Assembly (NCBI RefSeq): GCF_039654945.1
Contig: NW_027361819.1
Coordinates: forward strand, 6,448,001 to 6,512,000
Reading direction: 5' to 3'
From: Dendrobates tinctorius
Lineage: Eukaryota
Length of the DNA stretch: 64,000 nucleotides
This document shows, piece by piece, positions 37,689-51,219 of the stretch. The position numbers and the translations under genes are program-made. The notes under the pieces were generated by a model that saw nothing but the letters and a program-made list of their open reading frames with translations, was not told the DNA's origin and did no database searches. Positions within the stretch are counted from its first letter, which is position 1, and the number at the start of each line of letters is the position of its first letter.

Positions 37689-40375
37689 TCATGTATCTCT
37701 GTATACAGGGAGCTCCCCCTAGTGGTGGCTGCAGACAGGACCTTATCATGTATCTCTGTATACAGGGAGCTCCCCCTAGTGGTGGCTGCAGATAGGATCT
37801 TATCATGTATCTCTGTATACAGGGAGCTCCCCCTAGAGGTGACTGCAGACTGGATCTTATCATGTATCTCTGTATACAGGGAGCTCCCCCTAGTGGTGAC
37901 TGCAGACTGGATCTTATCATGTATCTCTGTATACAGGGAGCTCCCCCTAGTGGTGGCTGCAGACAGGATATTATCATGTATCTCTGTATACAGGGAGCTC
38001 CCCCTAGAGGTGACTGCAGACAGGATCTTATCATGTATCTCTGTGTACAGGGAGCGCCCCCTAGAGGTGACTGCAGACAGGATCTTATCATGTATCTCTG
38101 TATACAGGGAGCTCCCCCTAGTGGTGGCTGCAGACAGGATCTTATCATGTATCTCTGTATACAGGGAGCTCCCCCTAGTGGTGGCTGCAGACAGGATCTT
38201 ATCATGTATCTCTGTATACAGGGAGCTCCCCCTAGTGGTGACTGCAGACAGGATCTTATCATGTGTCTCTGTATACAGGGAGCTCCCCCTAGTGGTGGCT
38301 GCAGACAGGATCTTATCATGTGTCTCTGTATACAGGGAGCTCCCCCTAGTACTGGCTGCAGACAGGATCTTATCATGTATCTCTGTATACAGGGAGCTCC
38401 CCTAGTGGTGGCTGCAGACAGGATCTTATCATGTGTCTCTGTATACAGGGAGCTCCCCCTAGTGGTGGCTGCAGACAGGATCATATCATGTATCTCTGTA
38501 TACAGGCAGCTCCCTCTAGTGGTAACTGCAGATTGGATCTTATCATGTATCTCTGTATACAGGGAGCTCCCCCTAATGGTGACTGCAGACAGGATCTTAT
38601 CATGTATCTCTGTATACAGGGAGCTCCCCCTAGTGGTGGCTGCAGACAGGATCTAATCATGTATCTCTGTATACAGGGAGCTCCCCCTAGTGGTGGCTGC
38701 AGACAGGATCTTATCATGTATCTCTGTATACAGGGAGCTCCCCCTAGTGGTGACTGCAGAGAGGATCTTATCATGTATCTCTGTATACAGGGAGCTCCCC
38801 CTAGAGGTGAATGCAGCCAGGATCTTATCATGTATCTCTGTATACAGGGAGCTCCCCCTAGTGGTGGCTGCAGACAGGATCTTATCATGTATCTCTGTAT
38901 ACAGGAAGCTCCCCCTAGTGGTGGCTGCAGACAGGATCTTATCATGTATCTCTGTATACAGGGAGCTCCCCCTAGTGGTGACTGCAGACAGGATCTTATC
39001 ATGTGTCTCTGTATAATAAGAGCTCCCCCTAGTGGTGACTGCAGACAGGATCTTATCATGTATCTCTGTATACAGGGAGCTCCCCTTAGTGGTGGCTGCA
39101 AGCAGGATCTTATCATGTGTCTCTGTATACAGGGAGCTCCCCCTAGTGCTGGCTGCAGACAGGATCTTATCATGTATCTCTGTATACTGGGAGCTCCCCC
39201 TAGTGCTGGCTGCAGACAGGATCTTATCATGTATCTCTGTATACAGGGAGCTCCCCCTAGTGGTGGCTGCAGACAGGATCTTATCATGTATCTCTGTATA
39301 CAGGGAGCTCCCCCTAGTGGTGACTGCAGACAGGATCTTATCATGTATCTCTGTATACAGGGAGCTCCCCCTAGTGGTGACTGCAGACAGGATCTTATCA
39401 TGTATCTCTGTATATACGGAGCTCCCCCTAGTGGTGGCTGCAGACAGGATCTTATCATGTGTCTCTGTATACAGGGAGCTCCCCCTAGTGCTGGCTGCAG
39501 ACAGGATCTTATCATGTATCTCTGTATACAGGGAGCTCCCCCTAGTGGTGGCTGCAGACAGGATCTTATGTGTCTCTGTATACAGGGAGCTCCCCCTAGT
39601 GGTGGCTGCAGGCAGGATCTTATCATGTTTCTCTGTATACAGGGAGCTCCCCCTAGTGGTGACTGCAGACAAGATCTTGTCATGCATCTCTGTATACAGG
39701 GAGCTCCCCCTAGTGGTGACTGCAGACAGAATCTTGTCATGCATCTCTGTATACAGGGAGCTCCCCCTAGTGGTGACTGCAGACAGGATCTTATCCTGTA
39801 ACTCTGTATACAGGGAGCTCCCCCTAGTGGTGACTGCAGACAGGTTCTTATCCTGTATCTTTGTATACAGGGAGCTCCCCCTAGTGGTGACTGCAGACAG
39901 GATCTTATCATGTATCTCTGTATAATAAGAGCTCCCCCTAGTGGTGACTGCAGACAGGATCTTATCATGTATCTCTGTATACAGGGAGCTCCCCCTAGTG
40001 GTGGCTGCAGACAGGATCTTATCCTGTATCTTTGTATACAGGGAGCTCCCCCTAGTGGTGGCTGCAGACAGGATCTTATCCTGTATCTCTGTATACAGGG
40101 AGATCCCCCTAGTGGTGACTGCAGACAGGATCTTTTCATGTATCTCTGTATACAGGGAGCTCCCCCTAGTGGTGGCTGCAGGCAGGATCTTATGTATCTC
40201 TGTATACAGGGAGCTCCCTCTAGTGGTGACTGCAGACAGGATCTTATCATGTATCTCTGTATACAGGGAGCTCCCCCTAGTGGTGACTGCAGACAGGATC
40301 TTATGTATCTCTGTATACAGGGAGCTCCCCCTAGTGGTGACTGTAGACAGGATCTTACCACATATCTCTGTATTC
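37689..40375. repeat. 57-bp satellite (ATCATGTATCTCTGTATACAGGGAGCTCCCCCTAGTGGTGGCTGCAGACAGGATCTT)n with a CTCF-like motif per unit
   Basis: The periodicity is 19 aa, with ~47 copies. The reverse complement contains CCACTAGGGGGAGC. Confidence 0.93.
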
Positions 40376-40464
40376 AAGGAGACATATAGAGATACATAAG
40401 CCAGTGTATAACTGGGTGAATAAGACACAGGATTTGGTGCTCTGTATCAGAACATGTATAAACT

Positions 40465-40482
40465 TTTATTATAGAATTTATT
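40465..40482 (-). terminator. Tandem AATAAA polyadenylation signals of gene A
   Basis: TTTATT occurs at 40465-40470 and 40477-40482 on the + strand, ~600 bp past the stop codon, at the end of an AU-rich 3' UTR. Confidence 0.65.
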
Positions 40483-41074
40483 AGAACAAAAAAATAAACA
40501 GTATTTTCATTTTAAGAAAAATTCTCCCACATTGATACTTTTGTTTGTAACATTCAATTGATATAAAATTGTAAACAATCTATAAACCATATATTTATCG
40601 TTTTATCTATTAATATTTAGTTCTATTTACTGTAAATTTCATAAATTAGCGACAATCTCTTTGGAGTCACAGACTCGATATCTGATATTACACGGTACCC
40701 GGACTGCCAATTTTGGACATGTGCTGGACCTCTTGGAACCCTGAGAAGCTCATCCTAGGGGACAAGTGGCAGCGGCGCAGGATCACTCCCCAATAATGTG
40801 AATGGAAGACATGGAAACAGCGGAGTGGGCGCTCCGCCGGCCCTGACCTTGCTCATCACTTCTCCAGTGAATGAGTCTTTGATGGATGTCCTGTTACTTC
40901 TATTTTAAAGTCTTTTCTGTTTAGCGCCCCCTAGAGGACACATAGCCAGTACATCCAATTCAGTGTTATCGGAAGACTTTGGTCTCCAGGGTAAAGAACA
41001 TGAACATCTTGCTGCAATTTGCCACTTTTGGGAGGTTATGTCTTCTTTTGGGGTCTGATGATGGCGGTCACTCT

Positions 41075-44000
41075 TCACTCCGCTTTGGGCACCAGCTTTT
41101 GGGTGTCTTCAGGCGTTGAGCCATTGGTATCACCTTGGTCATCGGGCGTCTGATCCTTCTTCTTCTTCTCTATATGCCCAATAATCCCCCCCACACCTCC
41201 TCCAACTCCTGTCCCAATAGCCCCTCCGACGGACCCTCCGACTGCCCCGCCGATTATGATAGCCTCCGTAGCCAGGACCGTTCCAGCCACGGCTGCTCCC
41301 ACGATGCCTCCTGCCAGGGTGAGGATCCCTCCACCCACCGCACACCCGATCCCCACAGCGCACTTTGTGAAGCGCTTGGAGTATTCGGAGCAGAATTTCT
41401 CCACTTCTTGGTCCAGTAGAGCCTTCATCTCATAGGTCAGATTTATCCTCGCCGCGTCATTGCTGCCCCTCAGATTCTGCTCGTACTCCTGAAGGAGCCG
41501 TAAGGCCTCCTCGCTGACGACCTCCCTCATAGTAGAGGGCCTAACCTTCAACACCTTGATAGGAGAAGACGGGCTTGGAGCCTGAGGAGGACACGAGAAG
41601 ATACGTTACATTTCATGGTCTATGACTACAGCCTGGTATGGACAGATGGACGAGGCTGGCGATGATCTATAACCATGCCGCCATGGCCGATCGCTCCGGA
41701 TACAGAACGTCCCCACATGGGACGAGGGATCTTACCTTATTTGCAACAAAATCTTGGAATATTTTCACCGTGATCTTCAAGTTTTTGTGGTTTTCGAGGG
41801 CATAGAACATCTGGAGGAAGAGAACGAGGCGTTAATGTGATGACCGGAGACGAGGAGCCTCATCCCATCCTGTATGTAGGATACCGGGGTGAGAACTAAC
41901 GATGGAGGAGAAACGATACGGCCATGGGAACATGGAGGGGAATCATCCTGAGGGATTACATCCTATGTGTCCGACTGGATCTTATGTGTCCGACTGGATC
42001 TTATGTGTCCGACTGGATCTTATGTGTCCGACTGGATCTTATGTGTCCGACTGGATCTTATGTGTCCGACTGGATCTTATGTGTCCGACTGGATCTTATG
42101 TGTCCGACTGGATCTTATGTGTCCGACTGGATCTTATGTGTCCGACTGGATCTTATGTGTCCGACTGGATCTTATGTGTCCGACTGGATCTTATGTGTCC
42201 GACTGGATCTTATGTGTCCGACTGGATCTTATGTGTCCGACTGGATCTTATGTGTCCGACTGGATCTTATGTGTCCGACTGGATCTTATGTGTCCGACTG
42301 GATCTTATGTGTCCGACTGGATCTTATGTTTCTTGGAATGTTTCAGAACTATGTATCCTGAGTGTTTCCTGTATGTGAATGACATGGGACTGGACATCGG
42401 GGAGAGGCCGGGCCCCAGTCGGCCACGATTCATGCAGATTAGGGGTCACCGTGATTTTGTGGATTGTAGCGCGCTGCCTCTAGTGGACGACATAGGACAT
42501 GACACAATTACCTCTATAGGGGAAGCAAAGCTGAAGTTTTCTTGCTGCAAAGTACTGACGAAATCCTGAAAAATAAACAACACAGGAGAGAGAAGGGTTA
42601 ACAAAGAAAAAAAAGAAAAAGACATATATATAAAAAGTACATAGTGGCTGAGAAGGTGGACATAATGTCAGCTGAGCATCAGTAGATGCAGACATGGCCG
42701 GAATGGAACGGGAGAAAAAAACAGTTCAAGCGCAGTGAAATGGGGAGTCGGGGGGGATTCTGGTTTTTGGGGTTTTGTTTCTAGGCTTTCACTAATAATG
42801 TGAATTTTCTTCGTAGTCATTTTCAGTCCTTTATTGCCCGTGATAACCAGCTGTGTGCGGGCAGAAGAGGACGCGGTTACTTGGATTACAGGGGAGGATT
42901 TTTTTTTTATAATTTTGGGGGAGGACGGGAAGGCAAAAATGTGACCCTCAGCGGCATTAATTACGGGCACTCAGGGCGCCATCACTGAGTCAGGGGGCCC
43001 ATGCGTGCCTTGCCCGGGTGCCGGTAGCACACAATTTGACACTCTTCTTTTCCAATTTTTCTCCTTGCTGCTCGTTCTGCTCTCGGCATTAAAGCCTCCT
43101 CTTCAACCTTCAGTCCGGACACCCGTCGCTCATATTCTTCCTCTTTTTTCATCCACAAAAAACCGTACTGATGCCACGTCACGACCCCAATATAGCACTT
43201 GAGTCATTTAATGACCCTCTTAAAGGGATTACTTACAGAAAAGTCAGGGTTCCTCGCACCGTGCCATCGTTAGCTGATAAGAAGGAATTATTAACCCTTT
43301 TCTTGGTAATGGGTCTTATCAATTTACAAGAAATGATGAGCGAGGAGACTCTACACCGACAGGTCCCTAGCGCGGACCATAGCGCTACTGTAGCAGCGGA
43401 AAATGCCATATAACGCCCCGAGATAATCGTCAGAAGATCTGTGATAACATTTCATGTCCGACCTTCAGCATTCGGCCCAGCTGGCCGCACGTGATCCTCT
43501 CTCCATGGACATCGGTTTTACGGTGGAGCCAAACGTCTTCCATGACGCTGGAGATGTACGTGGTCAGGTGGCTCCTGAAGTCATCGTCCATGTCTGTGAA
43601 GAGAGGCAATAATCATCACACTGGAATATACAGGTATATTCTACCGGGTGGGAGCAGTCCTAGGGTCTCTTACCCTCCCGGCTTGCAGGTAATTTGGGGT
43701 GAGCAGTGTGTGGCGGGTGGAGGGGAAATGTAACACTGGATGGCGCCCATATCACGGTGGAGCAATGTTTCCATTGGTGGTGTCCCTCATCGCTCCGACT
43801 GATCGGTCTGTAGAGGATAGTCCCTCTAACTCGAGTCTTACCCGATAGCCGCCCTTCACTGGATCTCAGGAATGTTTTCCCCGGATGAGGCAGGAGGAAG
43901 CCGCTCACGGACGGACTGCGCAGAGTCTCCAGCACACGGCGGTATGTCGCGCTCTTCCGCAGCTTCTACAAAAACAGAGTGTAACTTTCCATCCTCAGTG

Positions 44001-47000
44001 TCAGGTTCGTACACCTCCTGGGATGGCCGATACCCACCCAAGATTTTATTCACGTAGCCATGTGTTGGAGACTTGCAGCTCCCCGAGTGTCACCAAAGTT
44101 TGGTGAAAAAACATCCAAATACAGACCGGCGCAGTTTGCAAAGGGCATCAGAAAAAAACCTCTTCTCAACAATTAGTGACCAATGACAACAAAAGACCTT
44201 TTGTAAATTGTGATAATCTGGAAGTCGGCACAAATTATGGCTCCGATGTGGTCACAGCCGGACAGTCCTAAATACAATAGGAGCTCTGTCATACCTCCGT
44301 CTCGTGCTCCAAGTAGGACTTTGCCGCTTCTCGACCACAGTCGTCGGGGTTATGCCAATCACGAACCAGAATATTCAGGTGCTAAAGTGTAGAAGACATC
44401 AAAGATGGAGAGATGCAACCACTGGGAGATGCAGGAAGTCAAAGGACGATGGGGACACTAAAAAGGCGGAGAAAGTATCTGCTCTGCTCCTAATCTTCAG
44501 GAAGGTGACCCCCACTGGTTTTCCATTGCTTATTACTGGAGCTCAGGTGGAGAGGACAAGCACTCAAGCTCACAATGGCTGACCGTAGTTGTGGTCCTTC
44601 ATCTACACATCACCAGAGCGGACATAGGAGATGCCATAAACTCAACCAGAGAAAAGAAGACAGCTACAGTAATGTGCCAAGAAGTAGTGGTCACGATTTT
44701 GGTAAAATAGCCTGAAGGTTGCTGGGAAGAAGCTGAAGACATTGACCAATGATGTCATCAAGATGCCAGAAATGAACCCTATCAAAAACTGCACTCTAGA
44801 GATCCTGCAAAACATTCCCTACAGGATTGGTAAGAATGTGTGGAGAGAGCGACGCCGAGAGGAGGTCACCTGTAGATACTGTAGACAGAAGGATTCCCCT
44901 GTGAGCTCCGACACGTGGAGATACATCTGAAAAGACACAAATACATCTCGATCGATCCAGTCCATCTCGTAGAAATGAAACTCAAGGTTACATGGGCAGA
45001 AGCCTCTTCATTCCACTGATACATTGTAGTGACAATGTAACGATGGTCCGTGATACATTCAAGGACTGACATCGAGGAGAACAACAACAGATTTTTGTAG
45101 AGATGTCCTCGACTTCCGTACCTCCAGATAATCCAGCTCTGTTGTTTTCAAGCTTGCATTAATGTTGAAGATCTGAGGACACAAACAAACGTCACATGAG
45201 AAGATGTTCATGAAGAGGATGGACGCCCCATCACCAAGACGTTACATGAAATTACATCAACCCCCACTAGAGATCGCGTGAGTGACACAAGTATAGTAAT
45301 CCTGCCATTGACAAGGGCGGTGGGCTACATCAATATCTAGGGGGTCTATACAAACTGCAGAGTGCAGCCACTCATTTATCTTTTATGCGGTTTGATTAGT
45401 GTGCCAAAACAAAAATATATATTGTGGTCATACATGTGTATTACACTCTCCAAAATCTCTTGAGGGAGTAAAGAGGTGTGTGGGCATGGGTATTCAGGGC
45501 TCCGCGAAGACCTCACATACCAGGTAGGAGCTGAGGAGCATGGACAAGGCGGAGAGCTTCACACAGGTCTCCCTATCACCTTCGATGTCCAGTGAACCCT
45601 CTGTGTCCAGGACAAACACGGCCATCTGTACAGAGAAGAAAGAAGGGTCACATCATAACCAAGGACCATGACGTCAATCGTGAAATCCAGTCTGTGCTTC
45701 TGTAAATGACATGTGATCGAGTAGCTGCAATCAGATCTGACATTCATCCATGATTTACAGAGACCGGAGATCGAAGCGATAATCGTTACATTGATCTTAC
45801 CGGCGGCTCACGATAAAGAGTGCGAGGACAGACCTGATGAGAGACATACATTGTGCCCTTTACCTTTTCTCCGTTCCTCTCCAGGATAAAGGGTCTACTC
45901 CACAACCATATCCCTTTGGTGAGACTGTCTGTCCCGGATCGCCACTCAAAACCGTGGAGGGGCTCGTCCTGTTCCCCTAGGCGGATCGGCTGACCCTTCT
46001 CCTATACAGAAAAAATAAATTTGTGAAATCATTCTGAAACTATTTTCTCAATACCAAGGATGGATCCCCATCAATAACATATCTCCAAATGCAAGTCCCC
46101 CTCCCAGGGTAAGCATGTGCCGAACTCCTCTATAAAAACAAGTAACTTTGGGGTGGAGCAGATACAAGCATGAGGCCCCCCTAACCCTTGACTTGAGGGG
46201 TGATGATATGATCCCATTTAGTCCCTGTGACATTGGATGTTGCCCTTTATCCTGCAGGTTATGACTCCTCACCAGGCTGTAAAGTGCTCTCAGAATATAG
46301 TTCATCAGGCTGGACTTTCCTCTTCTCTTCTCTCCAATCACACAGATAAGGCACAGGGGGTAATCGGAGATCTTACGGTCCAAAAAGCAGCCATCAAGAA
46401 CGGATTCATCCAGCCCCATTTTGTTGCAAGCATTGGTATAGACCAGCTGGACGGCACGTGGAGGAGCCTAGGAGGACATTAGTCATAGTCAATATTTACG
46501 CAGATCATTGCATCTCATATCTATGAAGTAGACAGATAGGAATGTCTAATGGTCTGCCATCTGTGATTACCCACAGGCTTCTCCTCCCCCATATCAAATA
46601 AACTTCCATGTATAACATTGTCACCGGTGTATTAACTGAAGACTGGCATGGCCCAAGTACCCATGGCGTTCCCTACTATTCTCTAACAACCCAAATGATA
46701 CAACAAAGGTATGGGGCCATGATAAAGGTTTGTGTCATACATCTTTATGAATGTGTGGAATTTGCACCAGATAAAACTGTTTCTCTGTATTTGGCATTAA
46801 ATTATTATCACTTTAAAGGCTCTAAAAACCACTTTTACCTACTAGTTTGGACTGTTATTTTTGACAGCTAAACCATTGGTATGAATCTTCAAGTATTAAC
46901 CCATTCATTGTCTGAACAGTGGGCGTGGTTGAAATACCCATGGCGGTCCCTACAGTTTTTCAATAGCCAACATAATACTCTTATCTGTGTTATGATAAGT

Positions 47001-47696
47001 TAACATAAGTCTGTGCTGTAAATCTCAGCTAAGCGTAGACTTTGTACAAGCTATAACCATTGTTACTCAGCGTTCATTATTAAGTTATAGAAGGGCACAC
47101 ATGCTACAGAACGTGCAACTTTCTTACTTTCACCTACCAGTCTGGACTGCTCTTCTTTGACAACCAGCTGAACCTTTGACACCAGTTGCTGCAGGCGGTA
47201 GGCAGGTATGAGCTGATCTCTCGGACAGACTTTCCTGCATTCTGGACAGCGATACCCAAAGGGTTGTGGGGTGGACCAGTAGGAAGAGATACAGGGTTTA
47301 CAAAAATTGTGCCCGCAGGTGATAGATACCGGGTCACGGAGCTCATGGAGACAAATGGAGCATGTGATATCGTCTTTTAGTTTGGAGAAATGTGCAGACC
47401 CTTCATTTGGCATGGCTGCCCTAATTCACAGAGACATCCGGCAGAAAGAAAAGGAAAGTTACAAGTCTCATCATGATAAGTTATGTGAAGTCAGGGAGTA
47501 AAGTAAAAGCAAAGTAGACGAAAACAGCAAAGCTGTGACGGAGCATGGATCAGACGATGCTGGGGATAAGTACAAACATGGACGACAATATGATAACGAG
47601 TCACATGACCTGCGCCTGGAATAAAAGGAGCTAAAGACTATAAACACCACAGGAAAAGTAAGGGATGACTTACGGCTTAGAGCGGCTGCTTCCCAT
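41075..47696 (-). CDS. RNF112-like: RNF112-like RING finger / GBP-atlastin-type GTPase, paralogue A (~609 aa, 13 coding exons)
   Basis: Coding exons: 47696-47674, 47420-47138, 46467-46273, 46001-45864, 45625-45521, 45172-45122, 44926-44870, 44381-44295, 43965-43842, 43593-43463, 42565-42512, 41810-41736, 41581-41075. All introns are GT-AG, the total of 1830 nt stays in frame, and phases are identical to gene B. Motifs: RING CSIC…CGHNFCKPC…CPEC, GEKRRGKS, SLTKGIW, DTEG, VRDW, FLLPHPG, and the Gly-rich tail AVGGGILTLAGGIVGAAVAG typical of RNF112. Confidence 0.93.
41963..42328. repeat. Perfect 19-bp minisatellite (CTTATGTGTCCGACTGGAT)x~19, intronic in gene A
   Basis: The copies are invariant and give a 19-aa periodicity in all three frames. 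Confidence 0.97.
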
Positions 47697-48565
47697 GTGG
47701 CGAGTGCAGGGCGCCCTGATATCTATGGAGCCTGCGGGACAGAGGTCGATGACTGACATAGGAGGAGAAAAAGCAAACATATCAGACATGGAAACACCCT
47801 GACGGAGTTAACCCCTGAGCTACTGACACCGCGCAGAAAAGGCGAAGTACAGGAAGATCAACAGCCCTGACTGCACAGTGTATGCGCTCCATCACCTAGA
47901 TTATGTCCATACACTGTATGCCCAGTTATAGCCACACATCGTACGTGTTCCATAGCGTCACAAAAGTTACAAACATGACCATAAATGTATAAAGATACAT
48001 GCATTATTATTACAGCAAAACATACAATACACAGGATAACAGAGGGGACATCAAGAAAACTCCCACAGATGACAGAAAGGATGTAAATCCGGCACCAATG
48101 ACAACACACACAGCGGATGCGGGGATGCGAAGGTGGATGCCAAGGAACAGCAGAAAGGGCTATGAAAAATCATCTCACAAGAAGATCGACAGCAGTGTAA
48201 AGTAACCATGATGCATAGCGGGTATCACCTATAAGCACCCGACAAGCGTGGCTTCTTCCAAAGGGGCAAAATGCATGTCAGGTGCAGACAGGTGATACCT
48301 GAGTCATTCCTTTTGGCTGTTTGCACATGTTGTGTTTTTGCTCTCTATTACTAGCACCAGGTCTTGATGTCAGCTCTGTGTTTGGACAATTCACAGTTGT
48401 CATCAACCCCAAGACCCATTACTCCGATTGTCACTGTACCAAGGCAGGAGGAGTCGGGCGAAGTGCCAGAATTGACGAATTGCACATGACGCTCCAATTC
48501 TGTGTAGGCTGCGGACTGCTCTAATTAGGCTGGGAAGGGGCCATTATCCATGGACTATCCCAGAC

Positions 48566-51219
48566 TGTGTATCCGTACACCCCCGTGTCTCCATCGTATC
48601 CGTACACCCCCCCCGTGTCTCCATCGTATCCGTACAACCCCCCCGTGTCCCCATCGTATCCCAACACCCCCGTGTCCCCATCGTATCCGTACACCCCCCC
48701 GTGTCCCCATCGTATCCGTACACCCCCCCGTGCCTCCATCGTATCCGTACACCCCCCCGTGTCTCCATCGTATCCGTACACCCCCCCCGTGTCCCCATCG
48801 TATCCGTACACCCCCCCGTGTCCCCATCGTATCCGTACACCCCCCGTGTCTCCATCGTATCCGTACACCCCCCGTGTCTCCATCGTATCCGTACACCCCC
48901 CCCGTGTCCCCATCGTATCCGTACACCCCCCCCGTGTCCCCATCGTATCCGTACACCCCCCGTGTCTCCATCGTATCCGTACACCCCCCGTGTCTCCATC
49001 GTATCCGTACACCCCCCCCCGTGTCCCCATCGTATCCGTACACCCCCCGTGTCTCCATCGTATCCGTACACCCCCCGTGTCTCCATCGTATCCGTACACC
49101 CCCCCGTGTCCCCATCGTATCCGTACACCCCCCCGTGTCTCCATCGTATCCGTACACCCCCCCCGTGTCCCCATCGTATCCGTACACCCCCCCCCCGTGT
49201 CCCCATCGTATCCGTACACCCCCCGTGTCCCCATCGTATCCGTACACCCCCCGTGTCTCCATCGTATCCGTACATCCCCCCCGTGTCCCCATCGTATCCG
49301 TACACCCCCCGTGTCCCCATCGTATCCGTACACCCCCCGTGTCCCCATCGTATCCGTACACCCCCCGTGTCCCCATCGTATCCGTACACCCCCCGTGTCC
49401 CCATCGTATCCGTACACCCCCCGTGTCTCCATCGTATCCGTACACCCCCCGTGTCCCCATCGTATCCGTACACCCCCCGTGTCCCCATCGTATCCGTACA
49501 CCCCCCGTGTCTCCATCGTATCCGTACATCCCCCCCGTGTCCCCATCGTATCCGTACACCCCCCGTGTCCCCATCGTATCCGTACACCCCCCGTGTCCCC
49601 ATCGTATCCGTACACCCCCCGTGTCCCCATCGTATCCGTACACCCCCCGTGTCCCCATCGTATCCGTACACCCCCCGTGTCTCCATCGTATCCGTACACC
49701 CCCCGTGTCCCCATCGTATCCGTACACCCCCCGTGTCCCCATCGTATCCGTACAACCCCCCCCCCGTGTCTCCATCGTATCCGTACACCCCCCCCCCCGT
49801 GTCTCCATCGTATCCGTACACCCCCCCCCCCGTGTCCCCATCGTATCCGTACACCCCCCGTGTCTCCATCGTATCCGTACACCCCCCCGTGTCTCCATCG
49901 TATCCGTACACCCCCCCCGTGTCCCCATCGTATCCGTACACCCCCCCGTGTCTCCATCGTATCCGTACACCCCCCCCGTGTCCCCATCGTATCCGTACAC
50001 CCCCCCCCCCCGTGTCCCCATCGTATCCGTACACCCCCCGTGTCCCCATCGTATCCGTACACCCCCCGTGTCTCCATCGTATCCGTACATCCCCGTGTCC
50101 CCATCGTATCCGTACACCCCCCCCCCGTGTCTCCATCGTATCCGTACACCCCCCCCCCCGTGTCTCCATCGTATCCGTACACCCCCCCCCCGTGTCCCCA
50201 TCGTATCCGTACATCCCCCGTGTCTCCATCGTATCCGTACCCCCCCCCGTGTCTCCATCGTATCCGTACACCCCCCCCCCCCGTGTCTCCATCGTATCCG
50301 TACACCCCCCCCGTGTCTCCATCGTATCCGTACACCCCCCCCCCCCCGTGTCCCCATCGTATCCGTACATCCCCGTGTCCCCATCGTATCCGTACACCCC
50401 CCCCCCCGTGTCCCCATCGTATCCGTACATCCCCCGTGTCTCCATCGTATCCGTACACCCCCCCGTGTCTCCATCGTATCCGTACACCCCCCCCGCGTGT
50501 CTCCATCGTATCCGTACACCCCCCCCCCGTGTCCCCATCGTATCCGTACATCCCCGAGTCCCCATCGTATCCGTACACCCCCCCCCCGTGTCCCCATCGT
50601 ATCCGTACACCCCCCCCCCCCCCGTGTCCCCATCGTATCCGTACATCCCCCGTGTCCCCATCGTATCCGTACATCCCCCGTGTCTCCATCGTATCCGTAC
50701 ATCCCCCGTGTCTCCATCGTATCCGTACACCCCCCCGTGTCTCCATCGTATCCGTACACCCCCCCCCCCGTGTCCCCATCGTATCCGTACACCCCCCCCC
50801 CCCCGTGTCCCCATCGTATCCGTACATCCCCCGTGTCTCCATCGTATCCGTACACCCCCCCGTGTCCCCATCGTATCCGTACACCCCCCCCCCCGTGTCC
50901 CCATCGTATCCGTACACCCCCCCCCCCCCCGTGTCCCCATCGTATCCGTACATCCCCCGTGTCTCCATCGTATCCGTACACCCCCCCGTGTCCCCATCGT
51001 ATCCGTACACCCCCCCGTGTCTCCATCGTATCCGTACACCCCCCCGTGTCTCCATCGTATCCGTACACCCCCCCCGTGTCTCCATCGTATCCGTACACCC
51101 CCCGTGTCCCCATCGTATCCGTACACCCCCCACCGTGTCCCCGTCGTATCCGTACACCCCCCACCGTGTCCCCGTCGTATCCGTACACCCCCGTGTCCCC
51201 GTCGTATCCGTACACCCCC
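48566..51219. repeat. C-rich ~28-35-bp minisatellite (CCATCGTATCCGTACA-Cn-GTGTCY)n in the 5' intron of gene A
   Basis: It has a constant core with variable poly-C. There are no stops in any of the six frames, which explains the huge spurious ORFs. Confidence 0.95.

Noticed and set aside
37543-40428. Long ORFs on both strands in the 57-bp array
   Set aside because: The unit length is divisible by 3 and lacks stops in several frames. There is no coding signature.
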